Of a DNA stretch of 64,000 nucleotides, positions 62,503 to 64,000 are shown piece after piece. Each line of letters begins with the position of its first letter. Position 1 is the first letter of the stretch. Location: contig CAVRVY010000001.1 of assembly GCA_963724765.1 (NCBI GenBank), positions 160,001 to 224,000 of the forward strand, written 5' to 3'. The position numbers were made by a program, and so were the translations under genes. This stretch comes from an uncultured delta proteobacterium. Lineage in GTDB: Bacteria; Desulfobacterota; Binatia; Binatales; Binataceae. The notes beneath the pieces are model-generated. The model was not told the origin of the DNA. It did not search any database and was given only the letters and a program-made list of their open reading frames with translations.

Positions 62503-62551
62503 TGTCCTAATCTGAGGGCAAGTGTCCTAGTTCGAAAGGCGGAGTGTCCTA
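62503..62551 (+). repeat. Three TGTCCTA direct repeats spaced 20 and 22 bp
   Basis: At 62503, 62523 and 62545, immediately after the tRNA-like 3' end. Confidence 0.8.
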
Positions 62552-62794
62552 TTTTCCTTTGAGGCGCGGATCGTCGCTAGCGATGCATCGCCACGAGGCA
62601 AAGAATGCCTGTGGACCGGGATATTTCTCAGCGGCGTGTTCTTTGCCCTTTTCGCAGTCAGCCGCAGAGTCGTACACTCCATATTGGAACCAACGCGTTA
62701 ATGGCGCGCCAGTGACATAGGAGCCATTAAGTTTAGGCGGCGCGAGCAGATACCAGCCAATCAGCGCGAGCACAGCGATGTGGCGTGCCTTCAT
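62549..62794 (-). CDS. Small secreted two-Cys protein (GWYL..PP / APL..W / CIASDDPRLK type)
   Basis: 81-aa ORF with hydrophobic N-terminus and well-formed motifs. Confidence 0.85.
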   Translation of the reverse strand: MKARHIAVLALIGWYLLAPPKLNGSYVTGAPLTRWFQYGVYDSAADCEKGKEHAAEKYPGPQAFFASWRCIASDDPRLKGK

Positions 62795-63129
62795 GCGAGC
62801 TTTCTAGCTTACACCCACCAAAAGCGAAAGCCTAAGCAGGAGGGCTCGGCCTTTCTAAACGCTCTACCTGCACCAGGCAAACGGCCAGCACTATCGTGGC
62901 CGACCTTTCTTCGCAGTCAAGCCAGTGCGTTCGGCCAGTATCCCGAGGAACGAACGAGGGGACACGCGGGCCTGCAGGGTAAGTCCTGTTGGGTCAAGCT
63001 CATGCGATCCGCGGCTGCGCAGATTGCGACGGTAGGGGTTGGCTCTGGCGTGGCTTTGGCCGACAACAGCCCACCCTCAATGCTCGAGGAATTAGTCTGC
63101 GGTCCGCCCAGGGAGCGAGCGAACTGCTG

Positions 63130-63268
63130 TGCACCATCGACCAGCGTTCGCAATCGTCGCGAGGGCGGTGATAAAAAGCAACACGGCAAGTATGGAATAG
63201 ACGACTAGTTCCGCTTTGCCCAGATACTCGTTAATGCGAGTGCGGAAGCTGTCTTTGTCGTTGACCAT
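63130..63268 (-). pseudogene. PsiE-like membrane protein 5' remnant
   Basis: MVNDKDSFRTRINEYLGKAELVVYSILAVLLFITALATIANAG, then degenerates. Confidence 0.5.
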
Positions 63269-63684
63269 GTTGCTCGCTACCAAGGTCAGTGGCCCGTCTA
63301 CATTTGTGTCCTTGCCGTTGACTTGTTGCCTTCGTAAACAGCCGACGATGAGCAAGTCGAAATTTTTGCTCGCCGGGACGTCGAGGGTTCATCCGGAGTT
63401 TCCATTTTGGGTCCGGACTCAAACGTCTTGTATAACAAAACGGATTCGGTTTGCATACCCGCAGCCTAGTTTTGCGCGCAGGGCGATTCCAGCATCCCCA
63501 GGGAGGGATGAGGGTAGACGACCTCCCGCAAAAGTGAGGCAAGCTGCAGCAACGGCCGCGGTGATACTAGCTCGAAAAGATCAACAGTGTTGCGCTGCGA
63601 AGCGGTCCATATATGATCCGCGCGGATTCATTGGTGGTTTCGATCGCCTACGGAAAGTCTGCGTTCATGGCGATGCCGAACAGA

Positions 63685-63830
63685 GGAGCATTGTCGATCG
63701 CCCGAAGCGAACTCCGAACCCGCACGGCATTGGTGTTAAAAATGATCGCGCTCCGCCACCAAATTCCAGTGCTGATGCGCAACCGAAGTTCTCGGCTGTG
63801 CTTGCCTCCTTTGGACTAGCTGCTCTGCGA
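63685..63830 (+). pseudogene. IS481-like transposase N-terminal remnant
   Basis: SIARSELRTRTALVLKMIALRHQIPVL resembles RFRSRAVLELENLALR(H)Q of the 48732 transposase. Confidence 0.65.
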
Positions 63831-64000
63831 CTGGACAGTTCCGGGCACCATTGGCCCTCTCCTTGTCGAACGATCCATATCCAGACCGCGGTTCCCGACG
63901 CTAATTTGCTTGGCTCACATGGGTCCATCAAAATCTCTCTCCATCACTACTTCCGGGTGGTTGTCACAAGGCGTCTTCTAACAGGGAAATCACTTGGTCT

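Overview
GC-rich bacterial accessory region. The gene style (GWYL..PP/CIASDDPRLK proteins, GDYDxHHVW repeats) resembles Candidatus Binatia from acidic soils, but this is inference only. Layout: (1) 1-12.2 kb is the 3' end of an NRPS cluster (A-PCP-TE, MbtH, TEII, Sfp PPTase, secreted protein), facing a convergent envelope-export operon (flippase-like protein, LolA-like protein, two LolC/E-like permeases, a duplicated Cys-rich lipoprotein, LolD-like ATPase, Spy/CpxP). (2) 12.3-17.4 kb holds Crp/Fnr, stress microproteins (CsbD, DUF3309-like, a 23-aa TM peptide) and decayed enzymes. (3) 17.7-27.1 kb holds a prophage remnant, tRNA-Ser(UGA), a DUF2924/large serine recombinase module and two IS21 elements with recoverable 5-bp target duplications. 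(4) 27.8-37.4 kb is mostly gene fragments (P450, groEL, lon, IS5, TonB receptor, hdeD) plus a di-heme protein. (5) 37.7-50.5 kb holds a His15-less HPr, a VWA protein, and a consensus sigma54 promoter that points antisense through a lipoprotein gene into an RSPP-ending leader ORF and a TolC-MFP-MFP-CzcA efflux operon, followed by an IS481-like element. (6) 50.7-57.2 kb is a complete atpDCQRBEFAG N-ATPase operon with a proton-type c subunit. (7) 57.4-64 kb holds a secreted protein with 8 Trp-rich repeats and a His-periodic 11-mer coiled coil, a PagL-like gene, a decayed tRNA-Ser with downstream direct repeats, and more remnants. No CRISPR array or rRNA was seen. All family assignments come from motif recognition by eye, without database searches.
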